A stretch of DNA of 63,492 nt, filler included, from Atractiella rhizophila (GCA_021432655.1; 12 parts of 11 records of this genome joined end to end with filler, not necessarily neighbours in it), one strand, 5' to 3'; shown: positions 15,147 to 28,821, counted from the first letter of the whole stretch. Program-made: numbers and translations. Notes: generated by a model not told the origin, from the letters alone.

Positions 15147-15598
15147 TACACGCTGTATCTGGTTACTATAAACTCTAGGGAGCGCTGTCCTTGCATTCTA
15201 ACCTTTTCAATTATGCGCCACCATGCTCAGACTATTGCTCTATCTGCATCCTCGAAACCGACAGAGTAAGCTGGAGAATGCCTAATCTAGACGACAAACA
15301 ACTAGAAGTGGAATTTCTGGTCAAATAGTGCAAGCTTGAAACTTCAACAACGCCATCACCGTATGCATCACAAAAAACCTGCAAGTCAACGCGTGGTCTT
15401 TGGGAGAAGGCAACTGCGGCTACCGTTGTACTGGCTTAGTAGACTTTGTGTTCTTGTCAACCTTAGACAACAATCCGGAATACCGGCACAATACTCCGAC
15501 GGCTTCGTGGTTGGCTCGGCCTCTACAAAATCGTCGACAGCTGAAGTGTCTGCCACAGTCCCACACCAGTTCAGACGCCAGTGCATAGCCTCTCAGGC

Positions 15599-16806
15599 AT
15601 GTCTTTGGCAGCTCAGCACGCTCAAAATGTGGATACGCTTTTAGCAGCTCAAAATGACATATCCCGATCTCCCAAATCGCCATCGCCAATTTCAGCTCTC
15701 TTCAATCGCAACAAACCCGCAAAAGCGAACTCAAAGTCGAAATTAAATAAAAAGAAGATCAAGAATGACGTGGAGAAGACGAAATCTTCAGAGCTGAACG
15801 TTATCAGCGCCGGCGGGGTGGTCGATGACGGCGAGCACCAGGAAGCTGAAGTTCTGGACCTGGCAGATCAATTGCTAGATCAGATCGATGCCTCAACCTC
15901 TTCAGCTCCTGCATCTTCCTCCCTCAACCCTAACAGTATTCTAACAAGGTCCTCACGACACTCAACGCGATCAGGCTCCTCTCACGATTCGAATTCCTCA
16001 AACGGACATGGTTTTCGTCAAGGGATCAAGGACGCTCTGTCCAAAGGAAAGAACCGACAGCAAGCAAGAAAAGATAGGAAGGAAGCTGAAGTGTTGAAGC
16101 AACGGGAGCAAGCTGAACAAGAGGCGAGAGAAGCACCAGATGATGGAGCGGAGGAAGAGAGAAGGAGATTGGACGTTATCTGTCGGAAGCAGCACTGGCA
16201 GATTTACGAAGTGAGCCTTCTCTCAATTCGTCGGAGCACGGTTTGATTGAGGTCTCTGAAGATGGAACCTGATGGTCATTGCTTGTTTAACGCAATTGCA
16301 GATCAACTAAATTTCTGGCGGATTTCGTCGAATGAGACGTACGCAACAACACGGCGCGCAGCAGCTGCCTTTATGATGGAACATCCGGATGATTTCCTTC
16401 CTTACCTTCCTGCTTCTGAAATCGACCCTTCGTCACCTGACGGAGTTCTATCTCCCGAAAAATACAGCGAATATTGTGACAGTATCGCTACGACCGCGGT
16501 TTGGGGAGGACAAACGGAGATTAACGCTCTCAGCAGGTATTGGAAGATCCCCATTCACGTTATCCAGTCAGATGGTCCAGAGGTGAAGGTAGGAGAGGAG
16601 GCAGAAGGCGAAAATGGTAAAAAGGGGAAGAAACGTGCGCCGTTAAGGATTAGTTATCATAAGAAGATGTATGGTTTGGGAGAAGTGAGTAGTTTCCTTT
16701 GTTTGTGAAGAATGATTTTGACGGTAGTGTGTAGCATTACAATTCTGTTCGGCCAGCACCAGAGCAACCCGCTCCTAATCTGGTTTATTTTTCTGCTGCC
16801 GTTTAG
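15599..16806 (+). CDS. OTU2: OTU-domain deubiquitinase (OTU2/OTUD6-like)
   Basis: KNRQQARKDRK coiled region, MEPDGHCLFNAIADQL (catalytic Cys), WGGQTEINALS, ISYHKKMYGLGE/HYNSVRP (catalytic His). Confidence 0.9.
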
Positions 16807-17496
16807 GCAAACTTCTCCCTCATCTATTGGCAATTGTTGTCTGTCCATCCAACAGCGTCACCTAGCACATGCAACGAAATGTGTATTCAACTGGTCCTCA
16901 CTGGGCACCTCTATCGAGTTGGTGCCAACTGAAGTGAGTGTATAGCCAAGGACACCTCTGTTTCCTTTTCGCCTACGCTTTCAATCTTCGGTCTTTCTGT
17001 GTAAAGCGCAGATGTTATTCTGGAGCAAACCCAACAATCAAATCCTTACTTCTTTGACGTGCATTGAATCAACGGCGATCAAATTCCTCAGTGCTTGCTT
17101 TTTGCTGCATTTGGAAAGTTAGACTCACCAATGGGCCAAGTGCATTTCGGCTTGTAGAATCCTTCGGGTAAGAGTCTGACTGGGCAACCTCACCCCAGCA
17201 GCTGTTTAAGTAGCATACCAACCTTTGGGCACATTCTTCCATGTCAAAGCTGGAGGCAGTCATGAAGTGCAAGTGTAAGCGCATTTTTCTAGAGCGCATT
17301 TCTCCATCTGTTCATCCTTCCGACCACTTCCAGTCGAGCTCCAGGGAATCCGTACTCAAAAAAGACGCTGTAGCGTTTCCTCCCCTGTGCTTGTCTTTTA
17401 AAGGACTCTCCTTTCTTCGTCAGCTGAGCTGAGCTTGTCAACTCCCGTTGTTTGAAGTCACACATTGTCAAGTTACAACCACCTTTGGCTAGAACC

Positions 17497-18853
17497 ATGG
17501 CAGGGGTCACTTCAGCTCTTTCCATGGGCGTCGTTCCAACACATCGAGCTTCTTCTCTTCGAACGACAGGAGGACCCAACTCTACATCTTCTTCCGAAGC
17601 CGAGTCTCCTAGTGCTTCTCCTGTTCTTTCAGCCGTCGATGTCACCCAGTGGATTCCAAAGAAAGCTCCGTTAAAGAGTGCAAGCGGGAGGTGGGAAGAT
17701 TTTCTATGGATTGAAAAGGAGGAACCGCACAAGAGTCGAAAGAAAGCCATTCTAAAAGCTCATCCCGAGGTGAGCACTTTCACCTACCCTGTCCCTTGGG
17801 CTTGGAGTAATTTCGAATATGAAAGGTCGTTCGGTTGATGGGCCCGGAACCTCTCACCAAATATGTTGTTTTGGCTGTGGTTGCTCTTCAAATTGCGATC
17901 GCATACAGCTTTCGGAACCAGCCCATATTCAGTTGGAAGTTCATGCTGACAGCGTACGCAATTGGCGGTTCTGCAAACCAGAATTTGTTTCTTGCAATCC
18001 ACGAAATTACGCACAATCTCGCCTTCAATGGAGTGAAAGCGAACCGAATTTTTGCTTGGGTTGCGAATTTACCCATTGGTTTGCCGTATGCCATGATGTT
18101 CAAGGTTCGTTGTCCTGCTTCCGACTGACATTGTTTGTTGACATGATGTGTAGAAATATCATATGGAACACCACCGCTACCTTGGTGAGGACGGAGTCGA
18201 CACTGACATTCCCTCTCGTCTAGAAGCGTGGGTTCTGTCCAACAGACTCGGCAAGCTCTTTTTCTGCACCTGTCAAATTCTTTTCTATGCCATCCGACCA
18301 GGCATGATCAAATCAATACCCTTTACACGCTGGACATTCTTCAATATGGCTTTTCAGTTCACCTTTGTCTACTTCCTCGTCGAGCATTTCGCATGTTGGA
18401 ACTCATGGTTATACCTTCTAATTTCAACATTCTTCGCCGGCAGCTTGCATCCTCTTGCGGCACACTTCATCGCTGAGCATTACCTATGGGAAGGCTTAGA
18501 CATGGAGACTTGGAGCTACTATGGCTGGCTCAACATCTTCTGCTACAATGTTCGTTTCCTTTTGCTTCTGCGAGTACTTGGTCGTGTTCTGATAACAAAA
18601 TCAACAGGTTGGCTACCATAACGAGCACCATGACTTTCCCTCCGTGCCATGGACACGCCTTCCCGAGCTTTCGCGCATAGCGAAAGAGTTCTACGAGCCC
18701 TTACCGCAGCATCGCAGCTGGCCGATGGTTATTGTCAACTTCATTCTGAGGGATGACGAGCAACTGTGGAGTCGGGCGAAAAGAGAGAACAGGATGCAAA
18801 AGGGGAAGGTGCAGATGAAGGAGGAAGGTGTGGCTGGTGGGATGGACGATTGA
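17497..18853 (+). CDS. DES1: Sphingolipid delta-4 desaturase
   Basis: DFLW..EEPHKSRKKAILKAHPE, MGPEPLTKY, His boxes HEITH, H.EHH and HNEHHDFP, GSLHPLAAHFIAEHY; three GT-AG introns. Confidence 0.96.
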
Positions 18854-19121
18854 GTGTTAACATTGTACTGTAGAAGGTGGATTGCTTGTTAGGCGTCAGA
18901 AACACATCCAGGTTTACACACCCAACCTCTGAAGGGATAAAAAGATCATGATTGGCATAGATGTAAAACCCTGCATAATCCGCATGTCGAATGGATACAA
19001 GAGAAGGGGTTTAGGCCTTGANNNNNNNNNNNNNNNNNNNNNNNNNNNNNNNNNNNNNNNNNNNNTTAATTAATTAANNNNNNNNNNNNNNNNNNNNNNN
19101 NNNNNNNNNNNNNNNNNNNNN

Positions 19122-19364
19122 GAAGCTATCCCTGTCGATTTGTGGGCGACCGGCAGCATTATCCTTCGTTTCTTTGGTCTATATCTCCCGGATGATCATC
19201 AGCTTTTGGATCTCGCAAGACAATTGACCGCCGCTGATCCAAAGTCTCGACCACGCCTAGATGGAATGAATCAAAGTCATAAAAGGAGGAATCTTAAGCT
19301 GGATATGCCTGTTGGTAAACACAGGTTTGTCCATTTCCCTTTGCACCGTTTGGCCCGGACTTGA
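19122..19364 (+). CDS. Protein kinase C-terminal fragment (5' end lost at linker)
   Basis: PVDLWATG (subdomain IX-like) and LTAADPKSRP (subdomain XI-like). Confidence 0.55.
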   Translation, partial: EAIPVDLWATGSIILRFFGLYLPDDHQLLDLARQLTAADPKSRPRLDGMNQSHKRRNLKLDMPVGKHRFVHFPLHRLART

Positions 19365-21110
19365 TTTTCGCTTATAGCAGACAAGACTACAAGGAGCAGT
19401 CACCCCGCCGCCCTTTGGAAGGTTGATGGGCTGAATCTGAGAAATTTTCGGTGTACCATCGCTGCCTGACATGTGCGTGAAGTCTTGTCGTGCTATCCAT
19501 GTCAAGGACTGATTTCGCTTACTTCTCTGTCCGAATCAATAAAACAGTAGTGGATTTTCGGCAGTTCCCGAATAGATTGCGTTCTACTTTTCCCTGCTCC
19601 CCTTTAAGTTCACATGCAACCTGATAATCAATTTGGATTTGTCGGCCGTAACATTGGACAATATTCAACCGCAAAAGCCGTCCCCTTCCCACCTGGTCGG
19701 CCATCTTGTTCAGTATTGGTCGTTGGCAGAATGCGCCTTAGGCTTAGGCTTCAAAGTTTCACCCAGTCAAGACGGCAGTCGCATGCTGGTATGGAATCTG
19801 ACCACAAACCGTGACCACTGTTCAACGGCCACGAGAATTATGGGATTCGACGCTGTTTGAGATTTTGGCTTTAGGACTACATTTGGGGACGCAAGTGCGG
19901 AGCATTGTATCTGACTGAGGGACTGAACTGGCTTGCCAATTTGGGAGTAACTTGTCTTCTGAAGCACTGACAGCCTCGCATTCGCATCGCGAGATTAACT
20001 ATGTAGATGTTACGGATGATGTTGAATTACATGTGCTTCTGCTCCCTCCATTTCCCAAACGGATTTGCAGTGGGGGATACATTCTAAGGTGAAAGAGAGA
20101 AGAGGACTACAAAAGATATTGTTGATTCATGTCGTTTACGCATGCCGGGAATAATAATGCCTCAACTTTTGCACCTTTTATATACTTGTAAGGAAATTTC
20201 TAGTAAAAATCAAGAAAGAGTAAGATGGTAAGAAAACAGAAAGGTGCATTAAAATGAGACAGAATTAGATGAAAGCGCGAGACCACCACATGCACGGTCA
20301 CAAACAAAATCGTCCTGATACAGAGATGTGTTGGGCAAACTTCTCTTAGCTGCGAATGCAGGACTCCATATTCCCATGCGGAATTCTTGGTGTTCCTCTC
20401 GACGTCAGCAACGTCGGAGTCGAGAGATTAACTCAAACACTGGCACAATTTGCAGCGGGACGAGTTAGAGAATTTCAGCTCAGAACCGACCCACATGATT
20501 GATTATTCTTAATATCTAAACCCAGACTGCCTTAGGGGGACATCCAACTTGCCCACCAACCAATTCGGGGGNNNNNNNNNNNNNNNNNNNNNNNNNNNNN
20601 NNNNNNNNNNNNNNNTTAATTAATTAANNNNNNNNNNNNNNNNNNNNNNNNNNNNNNNNNNNNNNNNNNNNGCAACGCTGGCAATCGAACTTTACTGCTC
20701 TCGTTCTCACTGTCTGTCTGTTTTCTAGGATTGAGGACCTTTCTCTCGGCTATTTGAAAACTAGAGCTAATAACCACACACTGGACGTCCAACTTCTGAT
20801 AGTTATGACCAGTTCTACGCGTGTCATTCATTCCCTTCGTTTCGTTCTCTGTTGACAACGTGACGTGCATCTTTTTATTAAACAAAGTAGGGTGTGTAAG
20901 TTCAGTTATGCCGAAGACATTTGTTTCGGACTCCTCTGGTTTTAATCACATACCCACAAAGAAGTAGGTCGGGTTGACTAATCGGGTTCGAACTTACATA
21001 GGGCACTGAGGAGAAAGGAATCCCGTGGAAGATAAGACTCGTAACATTAACGAGTGAATCTATTTCTCATACGATAGTGTTTGTTTTACACATTTTAAAC
21101 CAGCCTTTAG

Positions 21111-22808
21111 GGCAAATGTGAAGTAAGTCGTACAGTCTGCGGAGAGCTGCTATCCATCTCACTCTGTCCAACCAGTTTCTCAATCCCGGTGGCTCGATAA
21201 AAGATCGTGTAGCTCTTCGAGGCAAGATTCTTATTTATTCTCTGATCAAAAAAATGCTGAACGACTTCTAGTGTTGCAAAGAGCGATTGAGGAAGGAACG
21301 CTCATACCGAATGTGGAGGGAAGTAAACGTCCGAGGGCGATAGTCTTTGAAGGAACTTCGGGATCTACTGGTATCAGTCTTACGATACTGGCCGCTGCTT
21401 TGGGTATTGATACGTGCACGTTTCCCTACTTTTTATGGCTCAAGATTGTTCCTCAACTTTGTTCGTGACAGACATTGTGCTCCCGTCTGACATCGGACAA
21501 GACAAAGTCCAAACACTGCGCCGCCTAGGTGCGACGTTAGAGATTGGTGTGTCCACCTTCTCGTTTTCAGATGCGAACAGAGTTAAGGTAAAAAGTAGTC
21601 AAACCGACGTCCATCGTGGATGAGAATCACTACGTAAACGTGGCGCGTAAGAGAGCTGACGAGTATCGAAAGACCGGCACACTACCTGTGCTACCCGCTC
21701 TGAGCGAAGGGATCGCAGTAAATGAGAGCGCCGTCCTTTCCACCTCCTCTTCCTACGCCCACGTCTCCGAACCCCAAACTGGATCCTCATCACCGTCGGA
21801 TTCGCCGACGTCATCGCCCAAGCAGGATGGGCTACTCTCTCAACTGAGAGATATAGGCGAAGAACTCTTCGGCGATGATGATGAGTCGCGGTTACCAGGG
21901 GAAGGGTGCGCGTTGTTCATGGACCAGTTTGAGAATTTGGAAAATTATAAGGTACATTTGGAGGAGAGCGGACCGGAGATCTGGAGTCAGATGAAGGGAG
22001 AGATCGATTGTTTCGTATCTGGAATGGGTGGGCATTTCACTCCTCTCCTGCCGTCTTCGAAGCTGAAAGAGGGGAACCAGGCACTGGGGGGACGATGGCG
22101 GGAATAGGAAAGTATCTGAAGAGCAAGAAAAAGAACATTCATGTCGTTCTGGCCGATCCTCAAGGAAGTGGATTGTACAACAAAGTGTGTCCCTTGTACT
22201 TGTATATGGTTCCCTGTCTGACATCCATCCAGGTAAAACATGGCGTCTTGTATGCAGATACAGAAGCTGAAGGGACAAGGCGTCGCCACCAAATTGATTC
22301 TGTAATTTTTCTTGCCTCCTCCACTTCTAACAGCTCTCAATGCCCAATGCAGATCGTCGAAGGAATTGGTCTGAATCGCTCCACTCATAACATGCGGCTT
22401 GCGCTCCCCAATATCGACGATGCAGTTCGGTTGGTCTGCCATTGTTGTCTCCTTCGCAGCTTACTCATTTTCACGCAGTGTGTCAGATCATGAAGCCGTC
22501 GTCATGTCCCGCCACTTGCTCAAACAAGATGGACTGTTCGTTGGAAGTTCCAGCGCGGTGAATCTCGTTGCAGCCATGCGAGTAGCTCGTCAGTGGAGCG
22601 CTCAGGGGAGGGAAGGAAACATTGTGACCGTTTTGTGGTTCGTCTTTCCACTAACACTTCGGTAAATTTGAATAGGCTTACGCCGGACGACTATAGCGAT
22701 AGCGGTAGTCGGCACTTCAAGCGATTTTGGAAAGACGAACTTGTTGCTGAGCGGGGAATACGGCTGCAGGATTCTATCCAAGACATTATGGACGATCCAG
22801 AAGCTTGA
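21111..22808 (+). CDS. PLP-dependent cysteine synthase-like protein; N-terminal exon(s) absent from this piece
   Basis: GKCE/FLNPGGSIKDRVAL (PLP lysine), EGTSGSTGISL, DQFEN, SGMG/TGGTMAG, LADPQGSGLYNK, IVEGIGLNR, DGLFVGSSSAVN, DSGSRH. Confidence 0.93.
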
Positions 22809-22928
22809 ACTCCTGCATATAATACATATTTTGGTCAAAACTCAATCACATCACTAAACCAATGCGCTGCATTTCTTTCTTTCTCCCTTTCATGAATAAG
22901 TTCACTTCATTTCCGCTCAATCCAAGGA

Positions 22929-23904
22929 TCAATCGATCCCAAGGTCCCAGTCGTACAACTGGGTGAAAGCGACGCCGTAAGTTTGAAAAATAGTTTTCCA
23001 CCTTTGGATTTCCTGTTCAGAGCTGGCAAATTGGGGGTCCTCTGTCAAAAAGTGGGTTTTCACAGTAGAGAGAGGTAAAGAAGCAGAAATGATCGTGGAC
23101 AGCCACAAACCAAAATCAAGCGAAGTCCCCGTGATTCGGTCCAGAATCAGCGTGCCTAATGCTGGTGTAAGATACCCATTCAAACCGTGGTCCCAAGCGG
23201 CCAGATGCAAAGTGGTGAGGCCAAGGAATTCTAGACTTCTACATTCAACCAACAGGGCATAGAACTGGTAGCAAAGTGGACTTCTCTCGCCTTTGGTCGT
23301 CAAGGCAGGATCAATACTATATCTGTCGCCTGCCAGTCGTAAGCTTTTAATTGTTCCTTTGATCTGTTTTAGTAGTGGAAATAAAAGCTCATCTGTTTTG
23401 TGCTGGAAAAGAGCTAGTTCAAGAACTTGCAGAGGGGGAAAGCCCGTGTTCAGACCAAGATCGTGAACAATAATGTCAGGTATTGTCGTAAGATTTGAGT
23501 CATCCCCATACTCAGTCATTAGAATGGAGGTGAGGCCACTTGGAAGGAGTGGCGAATTGGGCAGAACATCCTTTAGGGTCGGCCAGGACTGACGCGGGTA
23601 CCAATCATCTAGTGGTTCTAAGTCTCCAAACCAACCTCGAGAACCATCCCCCGTCAAGACCTCCAGTGTGGTAATACGGGGATATTTCTGAAGGAGGGCA
23701 ACCAAAAAACCGGGGTTATTGTTGTAAACCTGGATGTGATGCAAAGCGAGAAAACCAAACGCCCTGTTGATGTCCGGACTATTCTGACCAGGATCGCATC
23801 GAAAGTGGAACGGAGTCCAAAAAGTGAGCGTCCGAACGTTCTTACACAAATAACACAGTTTCGCGAGAGAGAAGTCGTTCATAAGAGTGGCAACGTCAGG
23901 TGAT
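22929..23904 (-). CDS. Lineage-specific F-box/LRR-like protein, C-terminal part
   Basis: Open frame of over 317 aa running from the linker, with repeated L..L.L motifs (NVRTLTF, ITTLEV, LQVLEL, IKSLRL, LEFLGL, LGTLIL). Confidence 0.6.
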
Positions 23905-24004
23905 NNNNNNNNNNNNNNNNNNNNNNNNNNNNNNNNNNNNNNNNNNNNTTAATTAATTAANNNNNNNNNNNNNNNNNNNNNNNNNNNNNNNNNNNNNNNN
24001 NNNN

Positions 24005-24888
24005 CTCGTTGGAGCACAGCAACCTCCGAGCGTGTGGGAAGCCGGAGAGTTGAAAGCGCAGGGGAAACTGGGACATCCGGAGGCTGTCCTGGAAACGGAT
24101 GTCGAGGCACTGGCATTCATGGACAGATGCGAGGAGCTATTTGGTGAAAAGAGTGTGTTGTATGTCAGCTTTGGGAGCTTTTTCTGGCCGTGAGTCTGTC
24201 GCCATCGTCGCCTTCCGTTATGATGATCTTTGAGCTTCTTAGGTATCTTCACCCCGAAATCGTAGAAGACATGATCGAGACTCTGTTGAATATTTCGCCT
24301 CCTCTGCCATTTATATTTGCCCTTGCTTCGCCTCTGGCATCCCTCTCCTCAAACCTTCAAGCCCAAATTGCAGATAACTCAGATCGCTGTCTTTTCCTCA
24401 ACTGGGTCCCTCAAACACTAGTTCTCCAGCATCCAGCTCTCGGTCTTTTCCTCACCCACGCTGGTCAGAATTCTACTACTGAAACACTGATATTTGCCGT
24501 CCCCACTATATTGTGTCCTTTCATGGGAGATCAAGCGACAAACTCCGTTCTTCTATCCCAACATTTCGATTGTGGAATCGAGCTTCTGCAATTCCGGACG
24601 GGCGAGTCTTTGGAGAAAGGTGTAGCTTTCAGGGGTGGACCTGGAGGGACCAGAATTGAAGGAACAAGCGAGGCGAGAAGAATGGAACTAAAGGATGTCA
24701 TCGCTAGGATGCGAAGTGGGGAGGAAGCGCAGAGGAAAAGAAGGAATGCTGAACGCCTCGGAAAGACCTGGAGGGATAGTGTGAAGGAGGGAGGCAGTGC
24801 TTATCGGCATTTTCGTGAGCTGGAGAACTGGATAAGGAACGAAGGCAGTAAAGGCAATAAATCCAATGGGCACGCCGTTGTGATGTGA
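24005..24888 (+). CDS. UDP-glycosyltransferase (GT1), C-terminal half
   Basis: SVLYVSFGSFFWP and PSPG-like box WVPQTLVLQHPALGLFLTHAGQNSTTETLIFAVPTILCPFMGDQATN; ends EGGSAYRHFREL. Confidence 0.93.
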
Positions 24889-24981
24889 CGCTTGGTCTGG
24901 AGGGAATAATGTCATTCCAAATTATTTCAGACGTCCTTGCTTCACAGTAACTTATCAAATAAGAGCCCACAAAGCCGTTCT

Positions 24982-25575
24982 TTAGGGGAAAGTAGTCTCC
25001 TCCAGGATAAACTTGACTGCGACAACATCATCGTTGTAGGCGGATTTGAAGGCTTCAAGGTCTCCAGTGACTCCAAGATCCCCATAAGTAATGTCTTGGT
25101 AGATAGTCGTAGGTACTTCGGCTAGTCACGTGGGCATCAAAGGAACGTCTCAGGAAAGGACTGGACTACGAACTCCCATCTTCATTAGTCCACACGATAG
25201 CAAGCTCGTTGTCTTCATTGACCGACCACACGTAAGGATAACTAGCGGCTCCAGTTGCGGTACACGTCGATACTTCTTGAGAGGCGCCAGCAGGATCCAT
25301 TGAGGTCAAGAAACCATACCTGTTGGACCACAAAGTATTAGAGATGGGTCAACCCACAAAGGATCCAGATAAATGTACCCAGAAGATCCAGGACCCCAAT
25401 TCACGCCGTCAAATCCAACAGAAACACCTAATTGAGGCCATCGTCCAAATAACGAGTGGACAACCGGTGGATTACTGGATGTGACAATGTTCACCTTTTG
25501 ACGGCTGCTTGTAGTGTTGGTAGGAGCCAGTGTGTAGTAAGCCGCTTTGAGGGAGGGCAAATCAGAATTCGACGG
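24982..25575 (-). CDS. Uncharacterised basidiomycete-type protein, 5' end not resolved
   Basis: Spliced reading ...FDGVNWGPGSSGYIYL / ...YPYVWSVNEDNELAIVWTNEDGS / ...GDLGVTGDLEAFKSAYNDDVVAVKFILEETTFP*, with plausible short introns. Confidence 0.5.
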
Positions 25576-28007
25576 AGCTGAAGTTCGGGAAACGCACTCA
25601 GCTCCTCTGAAAGATAACCAACCAGTCCACTCTCGCTTTCGATTCGCACCAGGTTGGCAAAACTAACAAAATAGTCTAGCTTCCGCAGTCTTTTAGCGAA
25701 GAACTTGGAAATTCACACCTGATTGCTTGCGTCGCTGAGGAGAAGTTAGAATTAAAGCAGAGTTCCGATAGAATTACTAACAGATTTCGGGGGCATTCGT
25801 GGTTGGGTCTGGGTGCGACGACCTAACCGCGCGTTCCCTATGAAGCTTAGGACGGGCTGAAGCGAATCCAGCGAAGAGACCAAGAGAAACGGCAATCGAG
25901 GCTTTCATTCTGACTTGGAGACTGAGATCAAGCGTTTCTCTTCAACTTGGGAGGATAACGAAGAAATACTCGCCTTTTATATATTCTTTTGCCAGCATCC
26001 TAGTCCTGAGGTAGTTCGAAGGAGACCTGTTTCAAGTCTGAGAAAACTATACCTTGCGATCGATGTGATGGAAACAGGACCCACTGTCAGTACATACGGC
26101 TCAGAGTACAAATGAGCTACAGAAGAGGAAGAGAGTTTGTGCCCCAGATTCCTCACACCGGAGCGAGTGACAAGCCATGGCCAACCCATTGCAGGAGAGG
26201 AAAAAGCCGCAGCACAACCCAATCGCGGTAGGACAGAAGCACGATTGCAGTGCATGTCATGCAAATACGAGAGGGGAGGAAGAGACTGAATAAGCTCTTC
26301 ACGTAGCATTGCATTTACCAAGTCTCTCTACTATTGTTCTGCTCTCTCCTGCTCCTTCACCTTGATGACTCAAAAGCCGCGGAGCTCGTAGAACTCGCTC
26401 TCATTGATTTTGCCTCGAGGCTGTGCTAAATTCTCAGAGAAGTTGTACGCTGTGAGGATGAAGTACAACTGGAGTAGACAGTCGATGAATTGCATTCCTC
26501 TCCTGCTAAGGTTAGGTGACTGAAAAAGTGCGTCTATGGGAAAGAGGAAAAGTTCAGCCCGCTTCCTCCATTAGTGAGGATGTTCCATCTATCTCAACGT
26601 TCATTGGGTTCTGAAGCTTCTAACGTGAAACATGCCACTGTCTCAGCGTGTCATCTGGAGAAGCCATGCGCAAGACATAACAAAGTCTCTTGACAAGCTA
26701 GCACGAGGGAAAATGGTCACGTCACTAACAGTGACATCTGGAAAGTTGCGGTTTTCACTAGCTTCCAGTGGCTACTAGTCCGTAATCTGTCTCTCCGGTG
26801 GAGTTCAAGCGATTGTTCCCTCCACATCAAGGTCCAGGTCGCTTCGCTTGCTCCAAATGTGAATTATTCTTCCACAAGGCTGCGTAAGATCTTAGGAACA
26901 CTCATTTCTCTGCTCACCGAAACCCGACGTTCAAGGGCTACCTTACTGTAACCCATGTTGACTTGGCCCGCTGGGCCCAATGTCAGTCTCTCTTCTTTCT
27001 TGGCTAAGAGCGACAGGTGGCTCTTCACATTCAGCGCGCATTCCAACCAGCTATAAACAGTTGATGGCTTGCAACATGTCCGATTGGCATTCAACTTGAG
27101 AGCATGAAAAAAAATGGGACGTTAAACATTGTAATGTTCTTCCGCAGTCCCAAAGATCGAAACTCTAAACCTCAGTCTGTTCCTACCATCTTGGCTCTAC
27201 AGTATGTGGTCTCGTCATCAGCATATGTTCTCAACTTTGCAAATTTTATAAGCAGATAATACAGACTTGGTGCTTTGTCCTAGAGTACTAGCCAACATGA
27301 GCCATGAACCCACATCTTGTGGCCAGCTTAACAGCCTAAAATTGGGTACCAAAGATTCTGTTTGTGAAGAACGACCACGTTCAAAGGAGCTAGTGACTGC
27401 TGAACTCCGTGGTACAAAGTCATCATGACTGTCCCTGTCAGGACAGGAAACAGCTTATCCAACATGATAACGTAACAGGGAGGTAGGTTGCGAAACGCAG
27501 ACTGCTACCTAAACAACTGAATAGCACACTTTAACGAAGAAAAATGTTATTCCCGAGCGGCCTTGGCCAACCTCTCGTCGAAACGATTCGAAACGAAAAT
27601 CCGCGGCGGCCACTGCGCATCTACTACATCTACACGGCGTTTTCGTATCGTACATTTCTTTAACCTTTGAAGAAAGTCCAGGCTTTGAATGTACCCTGAA
27701 AGACACCTGCTGACAGGAATGTGACATGTCTGAGCCTCTGTGGAGATTCCACTATTTAGGATGTTGAGACATTTTGGAAGACATTTTCTCATCGTCTCTC
27801 CCTTTTTTGGGGGATTGTCTTTCAGAACAATTGCATAAGCTGGTCTGAGATCTGAGGGATATCGTGTCATGATATTTCTTTTTCGTCGAAAGAGAATAAG
27901 CTCTTAGCATCCGTCTGGGATCAAAGTAGCATGTAAAATATGCACGCCTCGAGATCTTTTAAAGAGATAAATAATACAGAACCGACCCACCCTGCACCTT
28001 CCCTACT

Positions 28008-28821
28008 CTACGGTCCTGCTGTCACCACCTCCTCCGACTTCACTGGTGTCCGTGTCGGTACAACCACACCTTCCTTCACCGTAGCTTTCCCCACCGCTCC
28101 AGTCCCCAAAAAGGCCGGCGAATCCTTCTTCACGAATTCAAAAGGGCTAGGTAATCGAGCACCGACCAGTTCCACGACTATTGCATTAAGAAATAGGTCA
28201 TCGTCATGAGTGCTTTCCTGCAGAGAGAGATGGGGATAAAGAGGGAAGAAAGACGCACTCTCTCGTGCGATTTCTTCTCGTAGGGTGGGACCGCCGACTT
28301 CGAATATCACCCGCCCGGGCTTGCATCGTGTCGCCCAGTGGGAGAAGGATCCTTTGCCTTTTCCCATTCGCGTTTCGTTGCCTTTTACGCAGATTGGGAC
28401 GTTGGGGAATACACGCATCCACCTGTTCCCACTCTCAATACACACTCTCCAATCCATTCCATTCCACATCCTCCAGAACAAACTTCCGCTCGCAAACCAG
28501 AAGCAGAAGAGTAAGAAGGAGGTCAGAGAAAACGCACCACTGCGACCCACGAATCGGCTTCAACTGCCTCCTAATGACCTCCTGACACCCTTCCAGCTGC
28601 TTCGCCGTGATGAAACAGTCACGCGTGATCCGCACGCCATAGCTCCCAAAAGCGACCGTCGTTCCCTTGACTGAGGTTATGGGGATGGGCGACACGCCGC
28701 GTTGGGCTTTTGGGTACTTGAATTTGCGCGGAGAGAGGCGTCCTCGGTGGCGCACTTGGGCGAAGAAGAGGGACGGGGAGAAGAGAGGCGCCGCGGAAGG
28801 GGGACGAGCGAGGAAGAGCAT
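28008..28821 (-). CDS. MRPL16: Mitochondrial ribosomal protein uL16m
   Basis: Presequence, PRKFKYPKAQRG, GTTVAFGSYGVR, WMRVFPNVPICVKGNETRMGKGKGSF, GRVIFEVGG, LPSPFEFV. Confidence 0.96.

Noticed and set aside
20531..20571. Possible MITE start (TTA followed by GGGGGACATCCAAC) at a contig end
   Set aside because: The other end is not in the window, so TIR and TSD cannot be verified.
25700..27900. Short ORFs in intergenic stretches (also 1100-2100, 19400-20570, 48700-49256, 60300-61800, 62400-63492)
   Set aside because: Look like decayed coding or repeat sequence, but I could not assign a family or boundaries from the sequence alone.
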